This document shows positions 1 to 11,782 of a DNA stretch of 64,000 bases, piece by piece. Origin of the DNA: Octopus vulgaris. Its lineage: Eukaryota. Every line of letters begins with the position of its first letter. The stretch's first letter is position 1. Both the position numbers and the translations under genes were made by a program. The stretch covers positions 28,086,001-28,150,000 of the forward strand of contig OX597818.1 of NCBI GenBank assembly GCA_951406725.2. Direction: 5' to 3'. The notes beneath the pieces were generated by a model. That model was given only the letters and a program-made list of their open reading frames with translations, had not been told where the DNA came from and ran no database searches.

Positions 1-2878
1 GATTTGATTTTCACTTGCCTCAACGGGTCTTCACAAGTGGAGTTTTGTGTCCCAAGAAGGAAAGGTATGTATAAGTCGACTGGCTACATACCAGGTAGAG
101 GCCACGGGTTATGGTCTCACTAGTCTTGCCGGGTCTTCTCACGCACAGCATACTTCTATAGGTCTCGGTCTCTAGTCATTTCCTTGGTGAGACCTAAAGC
201 GCGAAGGTCGTGCTTCACCACCTAGTCCCAGGTTTACCTGGGTCTACCTCTTCCACAGGTTTCTTCAACTGCTAGGGTGTGGCACTTTTGCACACAACTA
301 TCTTCAGCCATTCTCGTCACATGACCATACCAGCGCAAACATCTCTCTTGCACACCACATCTGATGCTTCTTAGGTCCAACTTTTTTCTCAAGGTACTTA
401 CATTCTGTCGATTATGAACACTGACATCGGAGCATACTGGCTTCATTTATTGTGAGCTTACGCATATCCTCAGCAGTCACAGCCCATGTTTCACTACCAT
501 GTAGCATGGCTGTACGTACACATGCATCATACAGTCTGCCTTTTACTCTGAGCGAGAGGCCTTTTGTCACCAGCAGGGGTAAGAGCTCTCTGAACTTTGC
601 CCAAGCTATTCTTACTCTAGCAGTTACACTTTCAGCACACCCACCCCCGCTACTGACTTAGTCACCTAGGTAGTGGAAGCTATCAACTACTTCTAGTTTT
701 TCTCCCTGGAACGTGGTAGAAGTTGGTCTCTGCACATTTTCAGTGGTTATTGCTCCTGAGCATCTGCCACAAACAAAAACTATTTTCCTAGTTAGCCTTC
801 CTTTGACGTTGCTGCACCTCTTATGTGTCCATAGCTTACACTTGGTGCACCTTATAGAGTTTCTACCTACACCTTTTTTACAGATCGAGAAGGGCCATCT
901 ACCTGAAGGCGTTTGTGATTGGTCTACCTTCCTACTTATTAGGACTTTGGTTTTGGCTAGGTTGATTCTAAGGCCCTTCGATTCTAATCCTTCCACACCT
1001 GAAACTTCTCCTCCAGTTCTGATAGTGACTCAGCAATTAGAGCAAGGTCATCTGCATAGAGGAGCTCCCAGGGACATCCTGTCTTAAATTCCTCCGTTAT
1101 TACCTGGAGGACTATGATAAATAGGAGGGGACTGAGGACTGAGCCTTGGTGGACCCCAACCTCTACCCGGAATTCTTCAGTGTACACATTGCCAACCGTC
1201 ACCTTACTAGCAGCGTCTCTGTACATGGCTCGGACAGCTCTCACTAACCATTCATCTATCCCTAGTTTCCTCATTGACCACCAGATAAGGGATCGGGGGA
1301 CCCTGTCGAAGGCTTTCTCCATGTCAACAAAAGCCAGGTACAGGGGCTGATCTTTGGCTAGGTATTTCTCCTGCAGCTGTCTTACCAGGAATATAGCATC
1401 AGTAGTACTTTTCCCTGGCACGAACCCAAACTGCATCTGATCTAAGCTAACTCTCTCTCTAATTAGTTGGGCTATAACCCTCTCCGTAACCTTCATTACC
1501 TGATCTAGCAGCTTGATACCCCTGTAGTTATTTGTATCAAGGGCGTCACCTTTACCTTTGTAGCAGTTGACTATTATGCTGCTACACCAGTCATTGGGTA
1601 TGACTCCTTCGTGTATCACCTGGTTAACTAAAGGGTGACAAGGCTATAGCCGACACTACCAGATATTTTGAGCATCTCTACAGTAATTTCTGATGGGCCT
1701 GGGGCTTTCCTTGTTTTCATGCTTGTAATTGCCTTAACTACTAAGGAACTGTCAACTCGGATTGCTGGTCTCTCTGTTGGGTCGACATTCGGCAGACTCT
1801 CTTTATTCCATTCATTTTCCTCATTCAGCAAGTGAACCGTCATCCATGCGAACACATTTCTCTCCTACCACATCATGATTCTCTCTCACACACTGTCTTG
1901 CAACACGAAATACCTCAAGTCTTTCATCCTCTCGGCGCAGAACATTGGCAAATTTTTTCTTATCTGCTTCCCCTCTGGCTAAATACACCTGCCTCCTAGC
2001 TTCCCTTCTGGCAGTCTGATACACTTCCCTGCTACCACCGTTCTTCCAGTCCTTCCAAGCCTGTTTCTTTTGTCTAATAGCCCTGTCAACAATATTGTTC
2101 CACCACGACGTTATTTTGGGTCTTGAGGGGACTTTGCACCAGCCACAGATCTGGTCAGTGGCTTTCAGCAAGTTGTCCTTTAGAAGCGTCCAGTTGTCTT
2201 CTACCCCATGTGTAGCTATACCCCCTTCTATTTCGTCAAAGGCTTCAAGTAACAGGTCTCTAAATCTCTGTCCATTCGCAGGGTCTTTAAGCTTCCAGAC
2301 CCTTCTTCTCCATGTTGGTCGTCTTCTAGTCGTCCTCTTAGTCCTAATCCTAAAGTCACTAACTACCAGTCTATGTTGTGGGGTACATTCTTCGCCTGGG
2401 AAGGTTTTGGCATTTATAAGCAGTCATCTTTCCCTTTTTCTGGCAAGGATGTAGTCGATTTGGCTAGTATGCCGGCCCGATCGTTAGGTGACCATGTGGC
2501 TTGTCAGTTTCCTGAAGTTAGTGTTGCAAACCATAAGACTATTCGCATCGCAGAACTCCAGCAGCCTGGTTCCCTCCTCGTTGCGGGAACCATAACCGTA
2601 GCCTCCATGTACGCCATGGAAGCCCCCAGCATGTCGTCACAAAGAGAAGGTCCCTGTCATTCGTCAATGAGGTGGTCTGCAGTAGGGTGTCATAGAAACG
2701 GTCTTTCTGTCCATCGGGTAGCCCTGGCTGAGGGGCATAGGCCGATATAATAGTTGCTAAACTATGATGGAGCACTAATCTAATCTTAAGTATTCTGTCA
2801 CATACTCTGACTACCTCGATTACCTTATCTACCCATTTTTCGGCGATAAGTATACCCACACCCCCGACCCCGTCAGTA
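1..2878 (-). mobile_element. RTE-clade LINE, 5'-truncated and frameshifted, runs off the window start
   Basis: Endonuclease fragment (GVGILIAEKW..ISAYAPQ, 2539-2878), RT (QFGFVPGKSTTDAIF, FVDMEKAFDRV, GVHQGSVLSPLLF, LLYADDL, 984-1619), Cys-rich insert, and C-terminal LRWYGHV..RGRPR typical of RTE. Confidence 0.95.
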
Positions 2879-2897
2879 TTAAAAAAATTTATCAATG

Positions 2898-3269
2898 GCC
2901 AGCATATTAAAAAATACCTTTAAAGGTTAAATTATAAACAACTTATAAATAAGGGCAAACGAAAATATTTCTAATGCCAAATATGCCGAGTCCAATTATA
3001 TGGTAAATGGACATTATGTCCGATTTTCGGCATATTTGGCATTAGAAATTTTTTCGTTTGCCCTTATTTATAAGTTGTCTTGCATATTGCCAGCATATTA
3101 AAAAATACCTTTAAAGGTTAAATTATAAACAACTTATAAATAAGGGCAAACGAAAATATTTCTAATGCCAAATATGCTGAGTCCAATTATATGGTAAATG
3201 GACATTATGTCCGATTTTCGGCATATTTGGCATTAGAAATTTTTTCGTTTGCCCTTATTTATAAGTTGT
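2898..3269. repeat. Tandem pair (191-bp period) of AT-rich fold-back units
   Basis: Each unit has 52-bp inverted arms (2938-2989/3027-3078 and 3129-3180/3218-3269) around a 37-nt loop and the array ends in (TA)n. Confidence 0.9.
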
Positions 3270-3282
3270 ATATATATATATA

Positions 3283-3650
3283 TTAGCTGATGTACCCAGT
3301 AATTTCCAGGGGTAAAGATGTTCTATTTAAATGCCTTATTACTCTGATATAAAAAAGCGATTTCATTATAACTGCCACAAAAGATTATTTTCCATTGCAA
3401 AAAAGTACAAAAAACTGTCAGCTGGAGGAGGAAGAGATTGTTGGGGGTTGGCGAGAAAGATTTTTTGGAGGTTGGTGAGAGAGGTTGTTGGAGGTTGGCG
3501 AGAGAGGTTGTTGGAGGTTGGCGAGAGAGGTTGTTGGAGGTTGTCAAGAGAGGTTGGCGAGAAAGGTTGTTGGAGGTTGGTGAGAGAGGTTGCTGAAGGT
3601 TGTCGAGAGAGGTTGTCGGAGGTTGACAAGAGAAGTTGTCAGAGGTAGAG
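3283..3650 (-). mobile_element. Possible Helitron-type non-autonomous element 3' end carrying a ~23-bp minisatellite
   Basis: a|TTAGctgatgtacccagtaatttccagggg resembles the reverse complement of a Helitron hairpin plus CTAG end. About nine copies of ggaggttggcgagagaggttgtt lie at ~3440-3645. The 5' end was not located. Confidence 0.45.
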
Positions 3651-4159
3651 GCATCTTTGTTCCAAAATTTCAGTCTATGTTTTCCACAGAGGTGGCAGTA
3701 GCAGTATATCTGGACGTTGGGTCATCTTCAATACTCTCCATTCACCACCTAAATTCAGGTGTCCACTTTTGCATTGTCTATAATGGAGGAGCATCATCTT
3801 CTAATGTAGGAACCATGTTGGCATGAATGTCCTTGGGGGCTAAAGGCCTTTTTCTGAAGCTACAGGATAACACAAAGATGCTAAATTTTGTCCATTTTCA
3901 TTACTAGTTACATTCAAGTCTTCTTTGATCAGTTAGATGTCAGTTTACTTGGGAAGAAATAATGCAGTTATTAATAAGTAAGACTGAAATTAATGCAGGC
4001 AAAATTTCACGTCTCTAGCATCACTCTTCATAGTCAGCCTATGAACTTTTCAGACCACCCTCATGTGTGTGTGTGTGTATAAACATATGCACAGAGAGAG
4101 GGGGGAGGGGGAGAGGTATGAGAAAATATGAGATTAAAAATGAATGTAATAGGGAAATA

Positions 4160-4545
4160 GGCATGCTGTGTGGTAAGAAGTTTACTTCCCAACCACATGG
4201 TTCCACATTCAGTCCCACTGTGTGTGACACTTTGGGTAAATGTCTTCTAGTATGGCCTCATGTCACCCAAAGCCTTATGAGTGGATTTGATAGACAGAAA
4301 CTGAAAGAAACCCAGCACATATATGTGTGTGTGTGTTGTGTTTGTGTATGTTTTTGTCCCCTACCCCAGCTTCACAACTAGTGTTAGTGTGTCTATGTCC
4401 CTGTAACTTAGTGGTTCACCAAAACCGACTAATAGAGTAAATATCATGCTTTAAAAAAAAGAAGTTCTGTGTTTCATTTGACTAAAATTTTTCAAGGTGG
4501 TGTCCCAGAATAGCCACAGTCTAATGACTGAAACAAAAGATAAAA
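4160..4545 (+). mobile_element. tRNA-headed CORE-like SINE with internal (TG)n
   Basis: A-box-like gtgtggtaag, B-box-like ttcagtccc, then cttgggtaaatgtctt, internal TG tract and aatgactgaaac tail. The same layout recurs at 56781-57760 and 63440-63697. Confidence 0.75.
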
Positions 4546-4610
4546 AATATTCTATTGAATATTCTGCATAATGTAATTACATTCACAAAATGTCTCTATT
4601 TTTAAGAGAT

Positions 4611-5121
4611 CATCATCATGATTATCATCCTCATCATTTAACGTCCGTTTTCCATGCTAGCATGGGTTGAACAGTTCGACTGGGGTCTGGGAAGCCAGAA
4701 GGCTGTACCAGGCTCCAGTCTGATCTGGCAGTGTTTCTACAGCTGAATGCCCTTCCTAACACCAAACACTCCGTGAGTGTAGTGGGTGCTTTTTACGTAC
4801 CACCAGCACGGAAGTCAGTCAAGGTAGTGCTGGCATCGGCTACATTCAGATGGTGCTTTTTACGTGCGACTGGCAAAGGGATCACAACTGCAATTTCCAT
4901 TGTTGATGTACTTGACTCAATAGGTCTCCTCAAGCACAGGGTCGAAACGGTGTTTCTTTACTCGCCACCTGCACAGAAGTCAGTCCGGTGGCACTGGCAA
5001 CGGCCAGGTGCCAGTCATAGAATTTGGTTCAATTTCAATTTCACTTGCCCCAACAGGTCTTCGCAAGCAAGAGTCTAGTGTCCAATGAAGGGAGGTTGGC
5101 ATCAGTGCCAGTCGTCAGATA
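4611..5121 (-). mobile_element. RTE 3'-end fragment with 18-bp target site duplication
   Basis: (CAT)n tail at 4611, body matches the 3' UTR of the RTE at 11838-12290, TSD TCTCTATTTTTAAGAGAT at 4593-4610 and 5122-5139. Confidence 0.9.
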
Positions 5122-5227
5122 TCTCTATTTTTAAGAGATATAAGCAAATTATGTGCATAAGTCTATTGTTGATGACACACACACACACACAATAGACATA
5201 AGTCTATTGTGTGTGTATGTTCATAGA

Positions 5228-5569
5228 TACCATATTTTCCAGCATATAAGGCACACTTCTTTCCTAAAAATTCCCCACCAAAATAATACTGTGCCTTAAA
5301 TGTTGAAGGTCAAGTTTGGTGAGTGTTATTAACGGTGGACAATACTGGTGACAGTTGAGGTCAGTGGTGATATTTGGAAGTGTTAAGATAAGTATTGTAA
5401 CTTCTGCTACCTTACCAAAAACTGTCAGTCGAATTTTTCATGATTCCTATACATGAAAATGTGAGATACTCAGCTTGAGGATTTGGGGCCTAGCTGCAAT
5501 TTCTTTCTTGCAGATTTGACCTACTAAAATGGGGTTGCATTTGCACCTTATATACCTGAAAATATGCTA
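5228..5569. mobile_element. Tc1/mariner-pogo-type MITE
   Basis: Imperfect ~28-bp terminal inverted repeats taccatattttccagcatataaggcac / gcaccttatatacctgaaaatatgcta, TA at both ends, no ORF. Confidence 0.55.
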
Positions 5570-6023
5570 TGTCCTTTAGGACTTTCTCCATTTTGTCTTT
5601 GTCCCACCCCACTAAGTTCATTCGATAGCTGCAAATCACTTTCTGTTGTATCGTGGTACATGTATAATTATTCTTTTTCTTCTTTTGTATATAGCCATAA
5701 GGCTTTGTGCTGTTATATATGCATAATTCTTTGTCTGTTGTATCTATACACTGTCTTGTTTGTTTCTGCCTTTGTATACATTCACTAGCTTTTCCCCAGA
5801 GCTTAATAAGAGCACCAGCACCTCCAAAATCGAGTGGTCTCAATGTTAAATGGTGGAAAACCACTATGATTTTGGGGTCATTGACTGATGAGGAAAAATC
5901 AATTGCTTATATTCTGTGTATTGTGACTTTGACTGTCCATTAAGTTTTCGCTTAGTTTTCCATTTGTTCTGCTTTCATCTATTTCTCCCTGTTGTGTTCT
6001 ATTTGTTCAACCCTTGATATATA

Positions 6024-6310
6024 TCATCATTATTGTTTAATGTCCGTCTTCCATGCATGCATGGGTTGACAGGAGCTGGCCAGGTAGAAAGACTACCCTA
6101 AGTTACTGTGTCTGTTTTGGTAGGGATTTTACAGCTGTATGCCCCTCCTAACACCAATCACTCTGCACAGTGGACTCAGTATTTTTTGTGTGATACTAGA
6201 ACAGGCGAAGAAAGTTTTGGTAAGATTTTTACAGCTGGACGCCCTTCCAAATGCCAACCACGTTACAGTGTGGACTGGATTCTTTTAATGTGGCACCAGC
6301 ACTGGCAGAG
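6024..6310 (-). mobile_element. Diverged RTE-type 3'-end fragment
   Basis: catcattatt..tccatgcatgcatggg tail and two copies of the cagctggatgcccttcc motif shared with the other RTE 3' ends. Confidence 0.7.
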
Positions 6311-6554
6311 TAACCAAATAACTCACAAGACAAGGAATTATGAGAGGAACAGGGTATTTGAGGGGAGGAACTTGTATCAGAGGATGGAAGATTAGTGTGA
6401 CAAAGACAGAGAAACAGAAGCAGGTGTCTTGCCACAACAGAGGGGGCATTAGAGGAGGTGATCCAGTATCAAATGATGAAAGGTTAGAGTGTAACAGGGA
6501 AATAGAGAAGCAGAAATAGGTGTCTTGCTATAGAGGAGGTACATGGTTACTCAA

Positions 6555-6561
6555 TGAGAGA

Positions 6562-6621
<60 letters not shown>
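6555..6621. repeat. (GA)n microsatellite
   Basis: Direct reading. Confidence 0.95.
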
Positions 6622-6624
<3 letters not shown>

Positions 6625-7360
6625 TCAAGACAGGCCAGAAACAAGTGTGCTGATGTAAAGGTGATACTTGGTTATCCAGTGAGAGGAAAAACAAGAGAAG
6701 GAGAGAGAGGGTGAACAAAGGAAAAGAGATAGACAGTAGGAAACAGCAAAAGTGTAAGAAAGAGCAAAAGAGAAATGCTGTAATTCTAGGGTATACTCAC
6801 AAGTAACAAGACCATGAGCATTAAACCTGGGTAGAAAAACAAGGCATGGGTGTGGATATTGGGGGTTTGGGGAGCAGCGATATAGTGAGCATGGCAGTGA
6901 GGGCAAGAAAGGGGATTGGAAAACAGGTTGATTATTAATTATGTAACAACTCAATATTATTCTACAGGAAAGAAGTATTATATTCTTGCAAGAGATGTCT
7001 TTTTATTAATACGCTATTAAATCTCTATGTATCAAGTTGTCAGTAAAAGCATTAACTAGTGATATTGTGTTGTCAATTGTAGTTAGTTGCTATCTAACTA
7101 CAATATTTGCTCACAATTACTCTACTTAACCCATTCCTCCATAAAATATCTGCCTATGTGATTTGGTTGATTTTAATTTGTATCCTACAGGATAAAAGAC
7201 ACCTTTTTTTTTTACATGTAATATTTGTTTCATATTATCAGTTTATTTTTTATTATTTTATAAATAGACTACAATCAATCAGACTTGTTTTACTTTATTA
7301 AAAATGTTCTCTCATTTGGTGAATAACGCTTGATTTATTTTGTAATAATTTGTCTTTTAG

Positions 7361-7672
7361 ATGACAGGGGGAATCTTTACCCAAGTTTTGAAACACCAAA
7401 TGCGATAAAGGATAAAAAATTCACATTGAAATGTAACACAACTAGTTATGGCGCTTCAACATTTTGGTATACTGGAAATGGAACAGTTATTGCTAAATAC
7501 AGTGGAGGAGCCAACCAAGATTATTCTAAATATTTTGGTAGCCGTCAAGAAACTAGTTGCCAAGAAAGAATCTGCACATTGAGTATAACCAATGTCAGTT
7601 TAGCTGAAGACAACATGAGCATTATTTGCAATACTGGTTTCCATACAAGCATGTTCAATATTACAGTATTTG
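7361..7672 (+). CDS. IgSF receptor exon, Ig domain 1 (V-type-like)
   Basis: Acceptor tgtcttttAG|7361, donor 7672|GTAAGT, 312 nt, phase 1/1. Translation DDRGNLYPSF..FTLKC..TFWY..CTLSITNVSLAEDNMSIIC..FNITVF has the B-strand Cys, C-strand Trp, E-strand LxIxNV and F-strand Cys of an Ig fold. Confidence 0.9.
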
Positions 7673-8159
7673 GTAAGTGATAATTTTTTGCAGTCAAGTG
7701 TGTGATTTTATTTTATTATTCTTTTATTTATTTCAGTCATTGGACTGTGGCCATATTAGGGTCCTTGAAGGGTTTAGTCAATTAGATGGACACCATATTT
7801 ATGTTTTGAGTTTAGTACTTAGTGTATTGGTCTCATTTTTGCCAAACTGCAAAGTGACTGGAAGGTAAACAAAACTGCATTCATCGCAAAGTGAGAAACA
7901 CACACTAGATTGCACACCCACATTTACATAAATAATTATACATATGTATACACCATCGTCGTCAGCGTCATTAAGATATGTTGTGGGGAGGGGAGAAATT
8001 CATCAGAGATAGAACATATGCAAGGAAATTCATGTGAGTGCAAAAAGAGAGTGGAAAATAGAGGATAAAGGAATGCAGTGAAATGTGGACATGGGTAAAG
8101 GGAGTGGGTGTTAGGAAGATGAGTTGTTGGGGAGAGATTTATCAGACAGGTTGTAAGTC

Positions 8160-9960
8160 TCAATTTTACTTAGATCAACAGGTCTTCTCAAGAACAGCAA
8201 ATTACCGATAATCTCTGTAAGGCACAGTACCTGAAGGTCATTTTTATCAGTTCGTTCCACGTTTTCCTAGGTCTTTCTCTTCCACAGGTTCCATCCACAT
8301 ATAGTACTTGGCTCTTCTTTATACTGCTGTTCTTACACATATGCATTTATATAGCCATTCCAGAGCAGTCTCTTTTCTTGCACACTACATTTGATACCTT
8401 TTATACCGAATTTTTCTCTCAGTATATTTCTGCTTTATTTTACATTTACACCAACATTACACCAGATGTCTTCTGTATTCACAGCCTATATTTCACTACT
8501 GAGTGGTTTAACTGTTTGTACAATCTGCCTTTCACGCTGAAGAAGAGGCCATTTATTATCAACAAAGGGAATAGTTTTCTGATCTTTCCCCAGTCAGTTC
8601 TTATTCTAACTACTACACTTTCAGAGTATCCTTCTCTATTGCTAATTAGGTCACAGGTAACAGAAATTATCTACTACCTTTAAGATCCTCCTGAGTATTT
8701 GAAGAAATCTATTTCCTGTGTATTGTTAGTATTTATTGCCTCTGCACATCAGCCAAACACAAAGACTAATTTCTTTGTTAACTTTCTTTTAATTTCACTG
8801 CACCTTATATATGCCCATAGCTTGTATTTGGTAGAGAGTATGGAATGTTTATCAACACTCTTTCTACATATCAAGCAGGGCTACTTTCCTGAAGAGATTA
8901 GTAATTTGTTTGCTTTCCCACATACCAAGACTTTAGGCTTTGCTTAGTTAATTCTAAGGCCCTTTCATTTCAAGCATTGCTTCCGTACCTGAAATTACTT
9001 TTCTAATTCTACTGTAAATCCAGTCATAAGAACAAGGTCATTGGCATAGAGGAGCTTCCATGTGCAACCAGTCTTAAACTCCTCTGTTATGGCCTGAAGG
9101 ACTATAACAAACAAGAGGGAACTGAGAATTAACCCCTGTTGAACTCCTATCTGAACACTAAATTCATTGCTGACTTTGATAGCAACTACCCAATTAGAGA
9201 GTGAGAGACTGTGTCAAAAGTTCTCTCCATGTCAGCAAATAATTAGTACAGCAGATTATGTTTTACCAAATGCTGCTCCTGAAATTGCCTTACTCAGAAG
9301 ATAGCATCAGTAGTGGTTGTCCCTGGCACAAAAACAAACTGTGTCTCATCTTGGTCAACTATCTTCCAATTTAGTTGAGCTGTAAGAGTTTTTTGTAATA
9401 TTCATGATCTCCTCCAGCAATACACCTCTAATTACTTCTGTCTAAGCCATTTTGTTTACCTTTGTAGCAGTTGGTTATAATGCTACTACACCAGTTGTTG
9501 GGTATGATACCTTCCTGGACAACCTGCTTAACTATATGGGTAACTGGACCATATCACACTCACTCAGTTGAGGGATCTTTGACTTGCAAGTTATTTTCTG
9601 ACCTCACTGGCGCTTATGTTATGTAAATGGCACCATCCAACCCATGCCAGCATGAAAAATGGGCATGAAATGGTGATGATGAAGATGATTGTAGTAGCTT
9701 TATCTATCTTACTATTGTCAACTCAGACAGCTGGTCTCTCTGTTGGGTCCACTTTAAGAAGGTTCTCCTTCTCCTGTGCATTCTCTACATGTAGCAGTCT
9801 TTCATAGTGACATTTACATGCCACTTTGTTATCAGAATCATCCATCCTTACACACTTCACAGAACTCCAATATCCTAGTTCCCTTCATTGTTGGAACCAA
9901 CTCCATAGCTTTCATGCATACCATGGAAGCCACTCAGATGCTGCCCAACATGTCTATTGA
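8160..9960 (-). mobile_element. Old, degenerate RTE LINE copy
   Basis: Patchy nucleotide similarity to the RTE at 1-2878 (e.g. ggcatagaggagcttcc = LLYA; ccctggcacaaaaac = FVPG), with many stops and deletions. Confidence 0.8.
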
Positions 9961-10377
9961 TGCGGAATAATGATAGCAGGTGAGAGTGCAGAATTGACAG
10001 AGACATTGGAGCAGGGGCCCAACGAGGTACATACTGTTAGTTGAAGCCTTCATCTCTTCCAACAATTTAACATCAGCTTGACATGCTTGCATAGGTGAGC
10101 TGATTTTCTACATAAGGTGTGTGTGTGTGTGCTCATGTACATGTATCAGTACATATATATATGTATGTATGTATTTGAAAATATACATACATACATATAT
10201 CATACATACATATACAAAAATCATTAATTAATGATTTTTTGGCTAATTTTGAAATTAAATCGGCAGTTTATATTTACTGCTGAGAAAAGCGCGCGAATGT
10301 GGTGGATTTTGAAAATTTATAGCATATAGACTCGAGGCATGCTTGTTATCGCCTCGTGAATATATGGTAGTCCTTGG

Positions 10378-10474
10378 CTTTTCTGCTGATGAGTGCAACG
10401 CCAGTGGTAAATAAATTTAATTTTATTTTATTTATTTACAAAAGATTGCCGAAACTATGCATAGTCCAGAAAGG
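10378..10474 (+). ncRNA. Type I hammerhead ribozyme motif
   Basis: Stem I CTTTTCTG/CAGAAAGG, core CTGATGA 10386-10392, stem II G(T)GCAA/TTGCC with long AU-rich loop, GAAA 10451-10454, palindromic stem III CTATGCATAG, cleavage triplet GTC ending at 10466. Confidence 0.8.
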
Positions 10475-10593
10475 AAAGGGTAAACGTTTTTATTTCTCTT
10501 TCCATTTCAGAATTACAACTATTAGTGGTTTGGAGTTTAGCTGCTCTTACTAGTGAGTCGGATGTCCAATTATAGCCATCCCTTATATGTTTG

Positions 10594-10625
<32 letters not shown>

Positions 10626-10658
10626 ACTGTAAATGTAATATGTGACAATTATTCAGTA

Positions 10659-10729
10659 GCCATGATAAAACCCCGAGTTTCGGATGTCGGAGGTGGAAAT
10701 CCACACCGCCATCTCTTCAGTTATCCGGC
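10659..10729 (-). ncRNA. Type I hammerhead ribozyme motif (second sequence family)
   Basis: Minus strand reads GCCGGATAA CTGAAGA GATGGCGGTGTGGATTTCCACCTCCGACATCC GAAA CTCGGGGT T TTATCATGGC. Stems I-III all pair, with a GUU triplet and one extra C before GAAA. Confidence 0.7.
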
Positions 10730-10857
10730 CATCAGGAAAAAAAAATCTATACATATATATATATTAATTAATCTTACCCTGTATTATTTATATATATATA
10801 TATATACACATATATATATACATATATATATATACATATATATATATACATATATAT

Positions 10858-10910
<53 letters not shown>

Positions 10911-10915
<5 letters not shown>

Positions 10916-11779
10916 TATAGGGTAAAATTAATTAATTAATTAATAGATTAATAATTAATAATTTTACCAAGTAGTCAATATGTTAAAATAACCTTTATAG
11001 GTGAATTATACAAAATATTCTATAATTATATACATAAATACAATTATAATCAGGGGTCAGCTAATTGCTTCGCCACGTACCAAAGTTAGAAATTGCCTAC
11101 ATAAAAAAGTGTATTATTGTCTCAAAGATACTTATGGTAGTTGAAATGGCATTAGGTGCTATTTTGAACTTCAGTATGTGGCGAAGCAATTAGCTGACCT
11201 CTGATTATAATTATATTTATGTATATAATTATAGAATATTTTGTATAATTCACCTATAAAGTTTATTTTGATGTACTGACTACTTAGTAAAATTATTAAT
11301 TATTAATCAATTAATTAATTAATTAATCTTACCCTATATTATTGATATAATTTTAATTTACTCCCTGACTGAAACTGCTGTTTGCTGCAGGATAGTTTGT
11401 AACACACACATGGGTATAAAAGATAAATATGTATTCACATTTGGCTGTATATTTTTGGGAGTGCAGTTGAATATCAGTTATGCAATGACACTTGATCATG
11501 TACATATTTAATCCTGATAACTGCAAATCTATAACTAGAAATATTACACCGAGGAGAGAAATAGGTAAATATAAATTACTTTAATCTCAAAACGCGTTTG
11601 TAATTAATTGAAGTCGTGTGGATTCATCATTTTTCTTTCTGCCTACATAAAAAATTGTCTCGGAGATACTCATGGTAGCTGAAATGGCATTAGCTGCTAT
11701 TTCTAATTTTGGTACTTAGCGAAGCAATTAGTTGACCCCTGATTATAATTATATTTATGTATATAATTATGGAATATTT

Positions 11780-11782
<3 letters not shown>
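10911..11782. mobile_element. Non-coding Penelope/retrozyme-like fold-back element with partial tandem repeat
   Basis: Inverted arms 10911-11093/11161-11343, direct repeat 11094-11244 vs 11640-11782 (546-nt period), degenerate hammerhead at 11543-11604, flanked by (TA)n on both sides. Confidence 0.65.
11543..11604 (+). ncRNA. Degenerate hammerhead ribozyme
   Basis: ATTACA CCGAGGA GAGA..TCTC AAAA CGCG TT TGTAAT. Stems I and II are perfect and stem III is the palindrome ACGCGT, but the core has U4C and G12A changes. Confidence 0.6.

Noticed and set aside
3323-3648. Repetitive ORFs and a CRISPR-like look
   Set aside because: Contiguous ~23-bp minisatellite with no unique spacers; the ORFs are translations of the repeat.
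6960-7360. Signal-peptide exon for the IgSF gene
   Set aside because: Nearby ATGs hit stops quickly and I found no hydrophobic leader with a phase-1 donor; probably upstream of the window or missed.
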